DNA of 37,394 nucleotides from contig CALCOP010000094.1 of assembly GCA_937897365.1 (NCBI GenBank), positions 1-37,394 of the forward strand, written 5' to 3'. Below, piece by piece: positions 1 through 8,254 of the stretch. Both the position numbers and the translations under genes were made by a program. The notes under the pieces are model-generated. The model ran no database searches. It worked only from the letters and a program-made list of their open reading frames with translations, and was not told where the DNA came from. Position 1 is the first letter of the stretch. The number at the start of each line of letters is the position of its first letter. The DNA is from an uncultured euryarchaeote. Lineage in GTDB: Archaea; Thermoplasmatota; Poseidoniia; Poseidoniales; Poseidoniaceae.

Positions 1-1
1 C

Positions 2-1135
2 CCTGCTCCTCTCAGCAATTTAAATCTCTATGACCGTCCAAATGATGATGGGAGCGCTCTGCTTCTTGACTTTGAATTAAGCAATGAAAGTGACGTTGCT
101 ACATACGAAGTCTATGCTGCAACTTGGTCATTTGACGCCATTGGTATGGGAAGTACCGGTCCTGCCACTCCGATTGCGACTCTTTCCCGCTTACCTGACC
201 TTCCACTTACTATCGAAGTCGTTGCGGGTGACACTCCGGTCATCGAGGGACTCGAAATCTGGGTAGCTGTCGTCGTTCGAGATACTGCTGGAAATGCTCA
301 AGAAATCAACCTCGCTACTGTTTCAGCGCAGTCTGTAGATGACGATGTCGATGATTTAGGCGGATATCTTGATGAAATCGAAAACATCGTGCTTTCTTGG
401 AACTCTGAAGAAAATATTCTGGTGGAATGGAGCCACTCCGATGATTCGAGTGTCCGTGGATATCGTGTATACATTTCATCGAACGATTTCACATCAAATT
501 CAGATGCTGATTTCGTAGCCGAGGTGAAAGCATCAAATTCATTCCTTATTACGCCAAATAATTACAATCCATTGGTAAACACATCTGCGTGGTATGTAGC
601 CGTTACACCGTTTGACGACCTCTTTGAACGGGAAGAAGTTGAAGCGATAATGCTTGATGTATATGGAAAAGAAAATACGAACGGAGATGGTAATCAAGAT
701 GCTACAAATGAAAATGATTTCTCGTCACTCCTTACCACACCAAACCTTCTGGCTGCAGGACTCTTGTTCATTGCAGTACTGTTACTTGTTGCCATTGTTC
801 GTTCTCGTGGAGGACAGCGACGACGCGATCAAACACTCGAATTACAGGAAGCAACTTGGGGGATACAAGATGACGGCTGGGGATCTGATATCCCACCAGC
901 AATGCCTCAGGTTGCGAGTAAAACTGTGCCAAATATCGAACAAGAAAATGACATCTATGCAGCAGCACAACGTATCGAGAATCAAGACATCTACGGACGT
1001 CCTGCATACCAACCAGCACAACCTGTTATGCAACCTGCACAGAACAATGCATTGATGAACGACCTTTCGGGACAAAACTCACCACAGCTACCTGAGGCGA
1101 GCATTGATACATCATTCTTGGATGACTTGCTTTGA
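2..1135 (+). CDS. C-terminal part of a large cell-surface protein with FN3-like repeats, one TM anchor and a Q/P-rich cytoplasmic tail. The 5' end lies outside the window.
   Basis: Frame 2 is open from nt 2, with no stop before the ATG at 146, so the listed 146..1135 ORF is truncated by the M-start rule. Repeated FN3-like pattern: SALLLDFELSNESDVATYEVYA and LSWNSEENILVEWSHSDDSSVRGYRVYIS. Hydrophobic helix LLAAGLLFIAVLLLVAIV is followed by RSRGGQRRRD and a PAYQPAQPVMQPAQ tail. Confidence 0.7.
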   Translation, partial: PAPLSNLNLYDRPNDDGSALLLDFELSNESDVATYEVYAATWSFDAIGMGSTGPATPIATLSRLPDLPLTIEVVAGDTPVIEGLEIWVAVVVRDTAGNAQEINLATVSAQSVDDDVDDLGGYLDEIENIVLSWNSEENILVEWSHSDDSSVRGYRVYISSNDFTSNSDADFVAEVKASNSFLITPNNYNPLVNTSAWYVAVTPFDDLFEREEVEAIMLDVYGKENTNGDGNQDATNENDFSSLLTTPNLLAAGLLFIAVLLLVAIVRSRGGQRRRDQTLELQEATWGIQDDGWGSDIPPAMPQVASKTVPNIEQENDIYAAAQRIENQDIYGRPAYQPAQPVMQPAQNNALMNDLSGQNSPQLPEASIDTSFLDDLL

Positions 1136-1138
1136 GGC

Positions 1139-1933
1139 GTGCCAATGGGTGATGAACAAACCAGTAGCCCCCGTAATGCGGTCTTTACAACCGCCCTGTG
1201 GGATGGAGGTTTCTGTTTAGCAGATTGGAATCTGCATCTTGAAAGATTGAGAGCTCATGCTAAACTCTTGCGTATTGAATTACCAGATGATTTTTCACTG
1301 CGTATCGCTACTTTTTTCCAAAAGGTGGCTCAAGAAGGTCTCTATCAGCATTCTCGAAAACCAACTTTCTTGCTCCGTGTTGAATGTTCCAATCTTGGAG
1401 AACTTTCTTTTGACATCCGTAAACTTGAGTTGAGAAATGAAGAAATCGACGCAATTACACGACCAGCACCACGATGGTCGATGAAAATTAATGGAACAAA
1501 ACACGGTGATTGGCAACCATACCTCGATGCACATGCAGTTGCTAAAAAACAAGGTGCAGATTTGGCCTTTCACGTTCATGATTTTGCAATTGTTGATGCG
1601 GATCGGGCTGCACCAATTGTGCTGGATGAAGACGGTGTTGCATGGGTCGCAGCCCCGAGCGAAGGTGGCGTTACAAGTATTACATTGCAAACGCTTCTCA
1701 GCGGTATCGAATCCGCAGGCATACCAGTTCAGTTTGGCCGATTGAATGAGCGTTTGGTCGCTCGGGCAGCAGAAGTTGTTGCCATTGGAAGTGGAATTGG
1801 AGCATGCCGTATACTCTCACTTGATGGAGAGGCACTTGGAGAAGGCGAAGCACTTACCATGCTTTGTCAGTCACTTTTAGAATTACATTACCGAGACCAA
1901 ACAACCTGGATTGATGTGAGGATGATCCAATGA
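1139..1933 (+). CDS. pabC: Aminodeoxychorismate lyase-like protein (class IV PLP-dependent aminotransferase fold)
   Basis: 264 aa. Class IV fold pattern: HLERL near the N-terminus, INGTKHGDW (candidate PLP lysine), GADLAFHV, GVTSITLQTLL and EVVAIGSGIGACRILSLDG. The stop overlaps the downstream pabB-pabA start (ATGA at 1930-1933). The track start is a GTG at 1139; an ATG at 1145 is an alternative. Confidence 0.6.
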   Translation: MPMGDEQTSSPRNAVFTTALWDGGFCLADWNLHLERLRAHAKLLRIELPDDFSLRIATFFQKVAQEGLYQHSRKPTFLLRVECSNLGELSFDIRKLELRNEEIDAITRPAPRWSMKINGTKHGDWQPYLDAHAVAKKQGADLAFHVHDFAIVDADRAAPIVLDEDGVAWVAAPSEGGVTSITLQTLLSGIESAGIPVQFGRLNERLVARAAEVVAIGSGIGACRILSLDGEALGEGEALTMLCQSLLELHYRDQTTWIDVRMIQ

Positions 1934-4164
1934 GCCGAGATTTTCTTTCGTTAAACGCCCATTGGAAAAAAATGGGTCTGCTTGGCGAGAAGGCTGTCCA
2001 TTTTGGTGGACCTGATGAATTACTCCTTTATTCCGGCGGACCACACACGCACCTCGCTCAATTTTCAATAATATGCGGACCTTCACGCAAAAGAGTGCTT
2101 GTTCGGCAACCGAACAGAAACAAGATCCCAGCCGGTAAAAAACACAGCCCTCTCAGCGGAGAAGTCGTCTTGGTGAAAGAAAAATCTCCTTTTGTTGCTG
2201 AACTTGAAGAGTGGAAGCACGGGTGTTGGTATCACTCGACTTCGATATTTGCAAGCTCTCTTTCCGAACTTCTCACAAAACTCAAAACCCATACGCCGTA
2301 CGAAAACTTCGAAACATCACCAAATCCTGCATTACCCCAACGTCCATTTTGGGCGGGTGCATTCGCATATGACATGGTTCAATGGACACAACCCGTTCAG
2401 CTTCAACACCTTCCAGATGAAAAAGAATTACTCACCATTTTGTGGCTTGTGGAAAGGATCGTAATTCATGATAAGGAACACGATCGTATCGAAAATTATG
2501 CTCTTCCAGGCGATACATGGGGTGTCAAAATTTCTGAAAATATGGAAACGTATGAGCCGCTAAAAGAATTGCAGAAACCGTCACCGTCGGCCGAAACAAG
2601 TTCAATGAGTGACGAAGAACATGAGAATACGATTGAAGCAATATGTGAAAGTATTCGCGCAGGACAAATGTATCAAGTCAATGTAGGACGATGGTGGAGT
2701 GGAGAAATTAAAGAACACCCTCGAAATGTTTTCCAACGACTCAATGAAAAAAATCCTGCACCGTTTTCAGCCTATCTTGAGGTACCGGACCTTGGTTTTT
2801 CATTAGTCTGCTCTTCACCAGAATCCTTACTCAAGAGTGACGGAGTCTCCGTTTTCACTTCACCTATCAAGGGTACTCGGCCACGAGGTGCAAACGTTGA
2901 GCAAGAAAAGGAATTGCGTTTAGAAATGGTGAACGATGAGAAAGAACGTGCTGAGCACCGAATGCTGGTCGATTTGATGCGAAATGATATCTCCGCCGTT
3001 GCTGAAGTGGGGAGTGTCAAAGTTGAACGATTTGATGTTGAAGCCTATTCGCAAGTCCAACACCTTGTTTCGCATCTTTCCGCTGTACTAAAAGAAGGCT
3101 CAAACGGATTAACCGCACTTCAAGCAGTCTTCCCTGGAGGGAGTATCACGGGTTGCCCACGGACAGTTGTTTGCGCTGCAATTGATGAGTTAGAAAAACG
3201 TCCTCGCTCTTTCTGGACCGGTTCAATCGGTTGGATTGACGTCTTTTCTGGAGCGAGTTCATGGAACATCCTCATTCGAACTTTAATCGCACAAAAGCGA
3301 AAGGAAAAATGGTTCGCTGATGTTGCAGCAGGAGGAGGGATTACCATTGGTTCGCATCCTAAAACAGAGGTGCAGGAAGCCAAATGGAAGGCTGCTGCAC
3401 TTCGTAAAGCATGCGGATGGATTGAAGGAGATGATAAGAAATTACCAACAGGTGAACTCAAAAGCTATCGCTTAGATATCGAAGGAGTACCACCTGCAAC
3501 ACTGAAAGCAGAGGTACGATTTGTAGATGGAGATACGGATGCGAAAGGCTGCGTCTTACTTATCGATAATCTCGATTCCTTTACACTAAACATTGCACAT
3601 GCAATTGCCGGTTTAGGGCATGAAGTACTCATTTACAGGGCTCGCGAGGGGGAGACTGATATTTGGGATTCTGGCTCATGTTGTGCGTTCATTGATCGAT
3701 TACAGCCCAGTCATATTGTCTTGGGACCTGGACCAGGTGTTCCGACTGATTCACCTCTGACAATGGAATTAGCACACGCTGTTTTGAAACAACAGATCAA
3801 AGTACCTCTTTTGGGTATTTGTCTCGGCCATCAAGCTCTTGGTGTCGCTGCGGGAATGGAACTCATACGGGCTCCGAATGGTCCAGTTCACGGCGCTCCA
3901 CGTTCATGCGAACATACCAGGGATGGCGTTTTCTCAACATTACAATCACCTACCTCATTCACCCGTTACAATTCATTAGCGGTATCTACTACAGGTGCAT
4001 CACCCTTCATCGAAACCGCACATGAAGCGGTTACCGGAGCAATCATGGCCATCCAACACCCCGTTCTGCAAATTCATGGAGTACAATTCCATCCTGAATC
4101 CGTTGGTTCAAGAGAAGGCCTTGAATTACTCAAGAGTTTTCTCGCCTGTAAAGCGGATGCTTGA
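1930..4164 (+). CDS. pabB: Aminodeoxychorismate synthase with component I (chorismate-binding) fused to a C-terminal component II (class I glutamine amidotransferase)
   Basis: 744 aa. Chorismate-utilising core: GQMYQVNV, SPESLL, TSPIKGTRPRG (Lys-type PIKGT as in PabB, not PIAGT as in TrpE), EHRMLVDLMRND, FPGGSITGCPR, GSIGWID. The C-terminal GATase has LLIDNLDSFT, LGICLGHQAL (nucleophile Cys) and VQFHPES. Confidence 0.85.
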   Translation: MSRDFLSLNAHWKKMGLLGEKAVHFGGPDELLLYSGGPHTHLAQFSIICGPSRKRVLVRQPNRNKIPAGKKHSPLSGEVVLVKEKSPFVAELEEWKHGCWYHSTSIFASSLSELLTKLKTHTPYENFETSPNPALPQRPFWAGAFAYDMVQWTQPVQLQHLPDEKELLTILWLVERIVIHDKEHDRIENYALPGDTWGVKISENMETYEPLKELQKPSPSAETSSMSDEEHENTIEAICESIRAGQMYQVNVGRWWSGEIKEHPRNVFQRLNEKNPAPFSAYLEVPDLGFSLVCSSPESLLKSDGVSVFTSPIKGTRPRGANVEQEKELRLEMVNDEKERAEHRMLVDLMRNDISAVAEVGSVKVERFDVEAYSQVQHLVSHLSAVLKEGSNGLTALQAVFPGGSITGCPRTVVCAAIDELEKRPRSFWTGSIGWIDVFSGASSWNILIRTLIAQKRKEKWFADVAAGGGITIGSHPKTEVQEAKWKAAALRKACGWIEGDDKKLPTGELKSYRLDIEGVPPATLKAEVRFVDGDTDAKGCVLLIDNLDSFTLNIAHAIAGLGHEVLIYRAREGETDIWDSGSCCAFIDRLQPSHIVLGPGPGVPTDSPLTMELAHAVLKQQIKVPLLGICLGHQALGVAAGMELIRAPNGPVHGAPRSCEHTRDGVFSTLQSPTSFTRYNSLAVSTTGASPFIETAHEAVTGAIMAIQHPVLQIHGVQFHPESVGSREGLELLKSFLACKADA

Positions 4165-4200
4165 AGAATCGGGAGCGTATGGGTTGACTGAGGGAGTGCC

Positions 4201-4587
4201 ATGCCGATATGCAGACATTGTTCAAGCACCTATTCTCGGGAGCAGTTTATCCATGGAAATGGACCTCGAACTCAAGTTTGTGTCCGGTGTGGATTGGAAC
4301 TGGGACTCGTGACGAAAGAGGAGGCTGCAAACATGTTTGACGACCCACTTCGAAGTGCACGGTTGCAAATAATGGCCCGCCGATACAGCATTTTCATGTA
4401 TATCCCCCTGCTTTGGACACTTTGGATTATGGTACTTAGCGATGTGAATCCGTGGGGTTGGTATTTCCTCGGACTCCTCATTATATTGACATTGATTGCT
4501 CCTGTTTGGTTCATTTATCGCGGTGGACAATACTCAGGCGACATGGCTCGTCTTACCCCCTCATATGACCGTCCAGAAGGACACTGA
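4201..4587 (+). CDS. Small zinc-ribbon membrane protein of unknown function
   Basis: 128 aa. N-terminal CRHC...CVRC (CxxC x19 CxxC) is followed by two hydrophobic helices (IFMYIPLLWTLWIMVL, WYFLGLLIILTLIAPVWFI). GGGAG lies 6 nt upstream of the ATG. Confidence 0.55.
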   Translation: MPICRHCSSTYSREQFIHGNGPRTQVCVRCGLELGLVTKEEAANMFDDPLRSARLQIMARRYSIFMYIPLLWTLWIMVLSDVNPWGWYFLGLLIILTLIAPVWFIYRGGQYSGDMARLTPSYDRPEGH

Positions 4588-5871
4588 TCACGTTTTAGCG
4601 TGGATTTTGAGGACGTCTCCGTCGCTCATCTCATGTTCAGCACCAACGACCCGGCGGCTACGTCCGTCGACACCTCGAATAAAACCGTCACCAAGATCAC
4701 TGTGGACTTTGTAAGCAAGATTTTTTGCTTGTATTCCGGAAGGCACGACAAATGCATCTGGAAGTACTTTACCATCCCCATCTGTCCAGTGCGTTTCATC
4801 TTGAACAGGATAAACGACAATATGGTTCAATTCGTCAAATAGAACGGTATCAATAAGTGTTGAAACCCCCGTACCACCGTGGGTGGAAAGTCGTTCCAGC
4901 ATGTGATTCAAGGCTATCATCTGTGGTTCAGAAAGGGCATCTTTGTTGACAAAATCAAATGATTTTTGCCCCGGAATATACGCAATCAATTCAGCGGAGG
5001 AAGCCCGACGGAGTGCCAATTCGACATCAGCCATACATGGCATGAGCGTGCCATTTGCAGAAATACCGTCGAGAACGCCTTCAGGTGCGATGTCATACTT
5101 ATTAGCGGCGATGTGGATGGGGAAAAGCAATGTTCGAACATGGAAAGCGAGCGATGCAATAACCTCGGAGTTCCAATCCCATGGACTACCTATGTCTCCA
5201 TTTTTTTCTTTGAATGCCTCAAAAGAAGTTGCAATGGATTGTGGTGTGGATCCAAGACCGGTTAGCCGTTCATGGATGTACGTTACCAGACCTTTCTCCC
5301 CTTCTGCTTGTACGCGGCGAACGCCTCGTGTCCAGCCATCGTTGAGTAATCCTGCAATCCATGCATCTAATTCTCCACCAAGAAATTCAATCTCCTCACG
5401 AATACGTTGCTGTGCTACTTCTTTAGGTTGATTTGCACCTTGAGGATTTCCTTCAATATCGGTCGTACCTGCAGCATCAATTACCTGAACCAATGCATCA
5501 CAATTCGCCAAATCGGCAAGGAATGCATTGCCTCTACCTCGTCCTTCGCTGGCGCCTGGAACTAATCCTGCGATGTCGACCAAAAAACAGGGTACAAGAC
5601 GTCGATGGGCAATACATGAGCCCGTCCGTGGTTCACATAAACTCCCTTGACGCGGGTCATCTGGTGATGCAGCGTCAAGTCGTCCTTCAGCCTCGAGACG
5701 TTGTCGTATATCTTTGCAAGGACATTGGATTCTTGCGGCTACAAAAGCGACACCAACATTGGGTTCAATGGTACAAAAGGGATAGTTTGCGATGTCCACT
5801 TTCGCTAAGGTTGCTGCGCTGAAAAAGGTAGACTTACCTACATTCGGTTTACCAACAAGTCCGATTTTCAC
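4588..5871 (-). CDS. Obg-like GTPase of the YchF/Ygr210 branch with a C-terminal TGS domain
   Basis: 427 aa. G1 GKPNVGKST at residue 7, G2 YPFCTIEPN, G3 DIAGLVPGA followed by a Gly-rich SEGRGRGN, G4 NKYD. The C-terminal TGS-like segment ends in DGDVLKIHAKT. GTG start with GGTGGA 6 nt upstream. Confidence 0.8.
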   Translation of the reverse strand: MKIGLVGKPNVGKSTFFSAATLAKVDIANYPFCTIEPNVGVAFVAARIQCPCKDIRQRLEAEGRLDAASPDDPRQGSLCEPRTGSCIAHRRLVPCFLVDIAGLVPGASEGRGRGNAFLADLANCDALVQVIDAAGTTDIEGNPQGANQPKEVAQQRIREEIEFLGGELDAWIAGLLNDGWTRGVRRVQAEGEKGLVTYIHERLTGLGSTPQSIATSFEAFKEKNGDIGSPWDWNSEVIASLAFHVRTLLFPIHIAANKYDIAPEGVLDGISANGTLMPCMADVELALRRASSAELIAYIPGQKSFDFVNKDALSEPQMIALNHMLERLSTHGGTGVSTLIDTVLFDELNHIVVYPVQDETHWTDGDGKVLPDAFVVPSGIQAKNLAYKVHSDLGDGFIRGVDGRSRRVVGAEHEMSDGDVLKIHAKT

Positions 5872-5895
5872 AGTGATTCCACCATGTGAGCGTGG

Positions 5896-7863
5896 TCATT
5901 CTTCCTCGGAGTCGAGAATATCGTTTCGAATCTTTGCAAGCATAATATCCAATTCAGGAAGATTAAGACGCCCATCTCCGTCAAGGTCGACAGCAGAAAC
6001 CAATCGTTCCATTTCCCAAGGAGGGAGGTTTGCGATTTTCGACTTTGCTAACGCTTGTTGAAATTCATATCCGTCTATTTCCCCAGATTCATCTAAATCA
6101 ATGGAACTGAAAAATTCAAAGATGGATTGCTTTGTCTGCTTGAGGAATTGGGCGAGCATTACCAGTTCTTCTGGAACTGGGAATTCCGTCACTTCATCAT
6201 TATGGAGTTGAGCAGATACTTGAATGATTGAAGAGCCGCCTTCGTCTTCTTCAACCTCGCCAATGTGAAGTGCTGTGTCAACACCGACTCCACGACCAAG
6301 GAGCACTCGAATAGAGGTTGTTCCTTCGACAAGCGTGTAGGAATCAATATCGCTCTTTGAAGACAAATCAGAATATGCTGCATTGTTTGGACGTCCGGTA
6401 TGAATCATTGAGAGAGCCGCAAGCATACTCGCAATGGTAACCAAGTAGAATGTTGCAGCTGAGGTCAAAAAGAAGCCCTCGGTAGATGCGATTGCATCTT
6501 CTATTCCAGATTCAGATACAGCATATGTGGTAAAGTCACCTATGAGTGCAGAAATGGTTGAAGCAACTCCACCTATGATGGTGAGCCAAACTGCGAGTTG
6601 AGCATTCGAGGCTTTTGCTAACTTCTTGCGTGCGGCAAGAGGATAAGATGTGAAGAGGACTGCGAGCATCATCAAACTTCCAATCGTAGAGACAAACCCG
6701 GTATCAATGGTGTGTGCCATAGACCCGAGTTTATCCATTCCAACGAATGTGTCCATTCCGGTAAAGAAACCACCAATGGCATAAATTGGCAAGAGCATCA
6801 TAGCTGCCGTTGCTGCAAAAGCACCGGGGCTTTTGACAATTCGCTCTGGATTTGTGGCTGCAGTAGCAACCATGTTGAAAGAACCTGCAAGAATTGGCAG
6901 AAGGCCGAGCGTCATGAGAAGAGCACCAACGTTCTGCAAGAGTTCTCCACTGTTTGCCGAAGAGAGGAAAAACGGCGGTACGGTGATAAAGAGGAACAGC
7001 AAGTTGGTTTTCTGCATCGATTCAGACCAAACGGGCTTACCTGCCGTATACGGGATGATGTGGTAGGCAGCAGCGAAAATCAACGCAAGTGGAACCCACC
7101 CAGTAACGACGCGCTCGGCCATCCAAACCGTTTGTGTGGAACCCAAAAGTTCTCCAAAGAAGATAAACAGCATACCCAGAATCTTAGCAACCAATGCCAG
7201 AACAAGGAACCATGTTGTCGGGGAGAGGTCATCGTGCTCTCGGTCTCCAATCGTGATGAGCACGTTGATGAATAAGGCAATATGGAGCATCGAGGAGACG
7301 AGAAGCAGTGAGACATTCTGTAGAGTCTCCAAAATGACCGCTTCGTTTTCAAGAGTAACAAACGAGAATATTGCAGGAAGCAGAAGGACACCAATTGTCG
7401 ATGCAGTGAGAAGAACGGCGACCATTGAAGCGCTGGCCTCACTTGCAAGTCGGCCTTGAGAGGAGCGCGAAATTGCAATCAAAGCAGCTCCAATCAACAA
7501 ATAATTCATTGCTGTTGAAAAGAAAATTTCTGTATAATCGGTGAGCATTGAGCCGTCATCATAACTCCACCCGACGCTGGAAAGAGAATTGAGCGCAGTT
7601 GGATCATAACGATGCCATATGCCAAGGAACATACCGAGACAAGCCATGAAGAACCAGCCCATTCCAAAGCGCATCCATGTTTTGGTACCGCTACCTGGTT
7701 TATCGTTGAACAAATCGATTAAACCTGCAGGCGCCTTGTTCAACAAGAACATACCAATTTGACGAAGGGAACTGGCCATTCCTCCAATGCCTCGAACCAG
7801 ATAGTTCGAAACGAGACCGAGGACACCGACCATGAGAGCAGCTGAAATGAATACGGTTTCCAT
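5896..7863 (-). CDS. Polytopic membrane protein (about 12 TM, possibly a heme-copper-oxidase subunit I-like scaffold without metal ligands) with a C-terminal pair of EF-hand Ca2+-binding motifs
   Basis: 655 aa. About 480 aa of hydrophobic helices are followed by a soluble tail with two canonical 12-residue EF-hand loops, DLDESGEIDGYE (6064..6099) and DLDGDGRLNLPE (5953..5988). The segment VWMAERVVTGWVPLALIFAAAYHIIPYTAGKPVWSESM resembles the cbb3/NOR helix VI-VII region (WWYGHNAVG...YYFVPK...RPVYS), with the CuB His position replaced by Glu. A strong AGGAGGTG sits 6 nt upstream of the ATG. Confidence 0.75.
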   Translation of the reverse strand: METVFISAALMVGVLGLVSNYLVRGIGGMASSLRQIGMFLLNKAPAGLIDLFNDKPGSGTKTWMRFGMGWFFMACLGMFLGIWHRYDPTALNSLSSVGWSYDDGSMLTDYTEIFFSTAMNYLLIGAALIAISRSSQGRLASEASASMVAVLLTASTIGVLLLPAIFSFVTLENEAVILETLQNVSLLLVSSMLHIALFINVLITIGDREHDDLSPTTWFLVLALVAKILGMLFIFFGELLGSTQTVWMAERVVTGWVPLALIFAAAYHIIPYTAGKPVWSESMQKTNLLFLFITVPPFFLSSANSGELLQNVGALLMTLGLLPILAGSFNMVATAATNPERIVKSPGAFAATAAMMLLPIYAIGGFFTGMDTFVGMDKLGSMAHTIDTGFVSTIGSLMMLAVLFTSYPLAARKKLAKASNAQLAVWLTIIGGVASTISALIGDFTTYAVSESGIEDAIASTEGFFLTSAATFYLVTIASMLAALSMIHTGRPNNAAYSDLSSKSDIDSYTLVEGTTSIRVLLGRGVGVDTALHIGEVEEDEGGSSIIQVSAQLHNDEVTEFPVPEELVMLAQFLKQTKQSIFEFFSSIDLDESGEIDGYEFQQALAKSKIANLPPWEMERLVSAVDLDGDGRLNLPELDIMLAKIRNDILDSEEE

Positions 7864-7869
7864 ACATCA

Positions 7870-7877
7870 CACCTCCT
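7870..7877 (-). promoter_or_regulatory. Shine-Dalgarno-like ribosome-binding site (AGGAGGTG) for the EF-hand membrane protein gene
   Basis: The minus strand reads TAGGAGGTGTGATGTATG. The TAG stop of the upstream small gene overlaps the AGGAGGTG, which lies 6 nt before the ATG at 7863. Confidence 0.6.
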
Positions 7878-8148
7878 AATCGACAACGACCTCGCTAAGA
7901 ATTGAGGCAACAATAGCACCAAGGCCAACCAAAATCCCGATCAAATAATACCAAATTCCGCTACCACCAAGGTTTCCAATCAATGGAACGAGTTCTCCGA
8001 GCAGAGGGAGGTTATCCCAGCCAAAGACATTTGAGAAGAGTGCGAGGATGCCAAGTATGCCAACAGCAAACAACGTCAAGAAAACCCTACTGCTCGACGG
8101 TTCCCCGGTTCCAACAGTCACATCTGGTAAAGTTGCTTCATTCGTCAT
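7876..8148 (-). CDS. Small two-helix membrane protein, probably co-transcribed with the EF-hand membrane protein
   Basis: 90 aa with an ATG start. Two hydrophobic stretches (FLTLFAVGILGILALFSNVF, IWYYLIGILVGLGAIVASIL). Its stop overlaps the RBS of the downstream gene. Confidence 0.5.
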   Translation of the reverse strand: MTNEATLPDVTVGTGEPSSSRVFLTLFAVGILGILALFSNVFGWDNLPLLGELVPLIGNLGGSGIWYYLIGILVGLGAIVASILSEVVVD

Positions 8149-8166
8149 CTCGGTTCACCCATAGTT

Positions 8167-8181
8167 GACCCCGTAGGGGTC
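8167..8181. other. Perfect inverted repeat GACCCC-gta-GGGGTC in the 106-nt spacer between two minus-strand genes
   Basis: Read directly from the sequence (gaccccgtaggggtc). It lies 19 nt upstream of the ATG at 8148. It could be a 5' leader hairpin, an operator, or a processing or termination structure for the upstream radical SAM gene. Confidence 0.35.
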
Positions 8182-8254
8182 ATTCCTGCGAACAGTGGAG
8201 CGGTGATAAAGATTCACTCCTCGCTGCGAGCGTTTTAATCATTAAAAACGGCAG

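Noticed and set aside
4943-5431. 162-aa antisense ORF within the GTPase gene. The same reasoning applies to 6712..7275, 22343..22735, 25877..26311, 35040..35519 and 3120..3461.
   Set aside because: Each lies entirely inside a strongly supported gene on the other strand. None has a motif or start-site signal.
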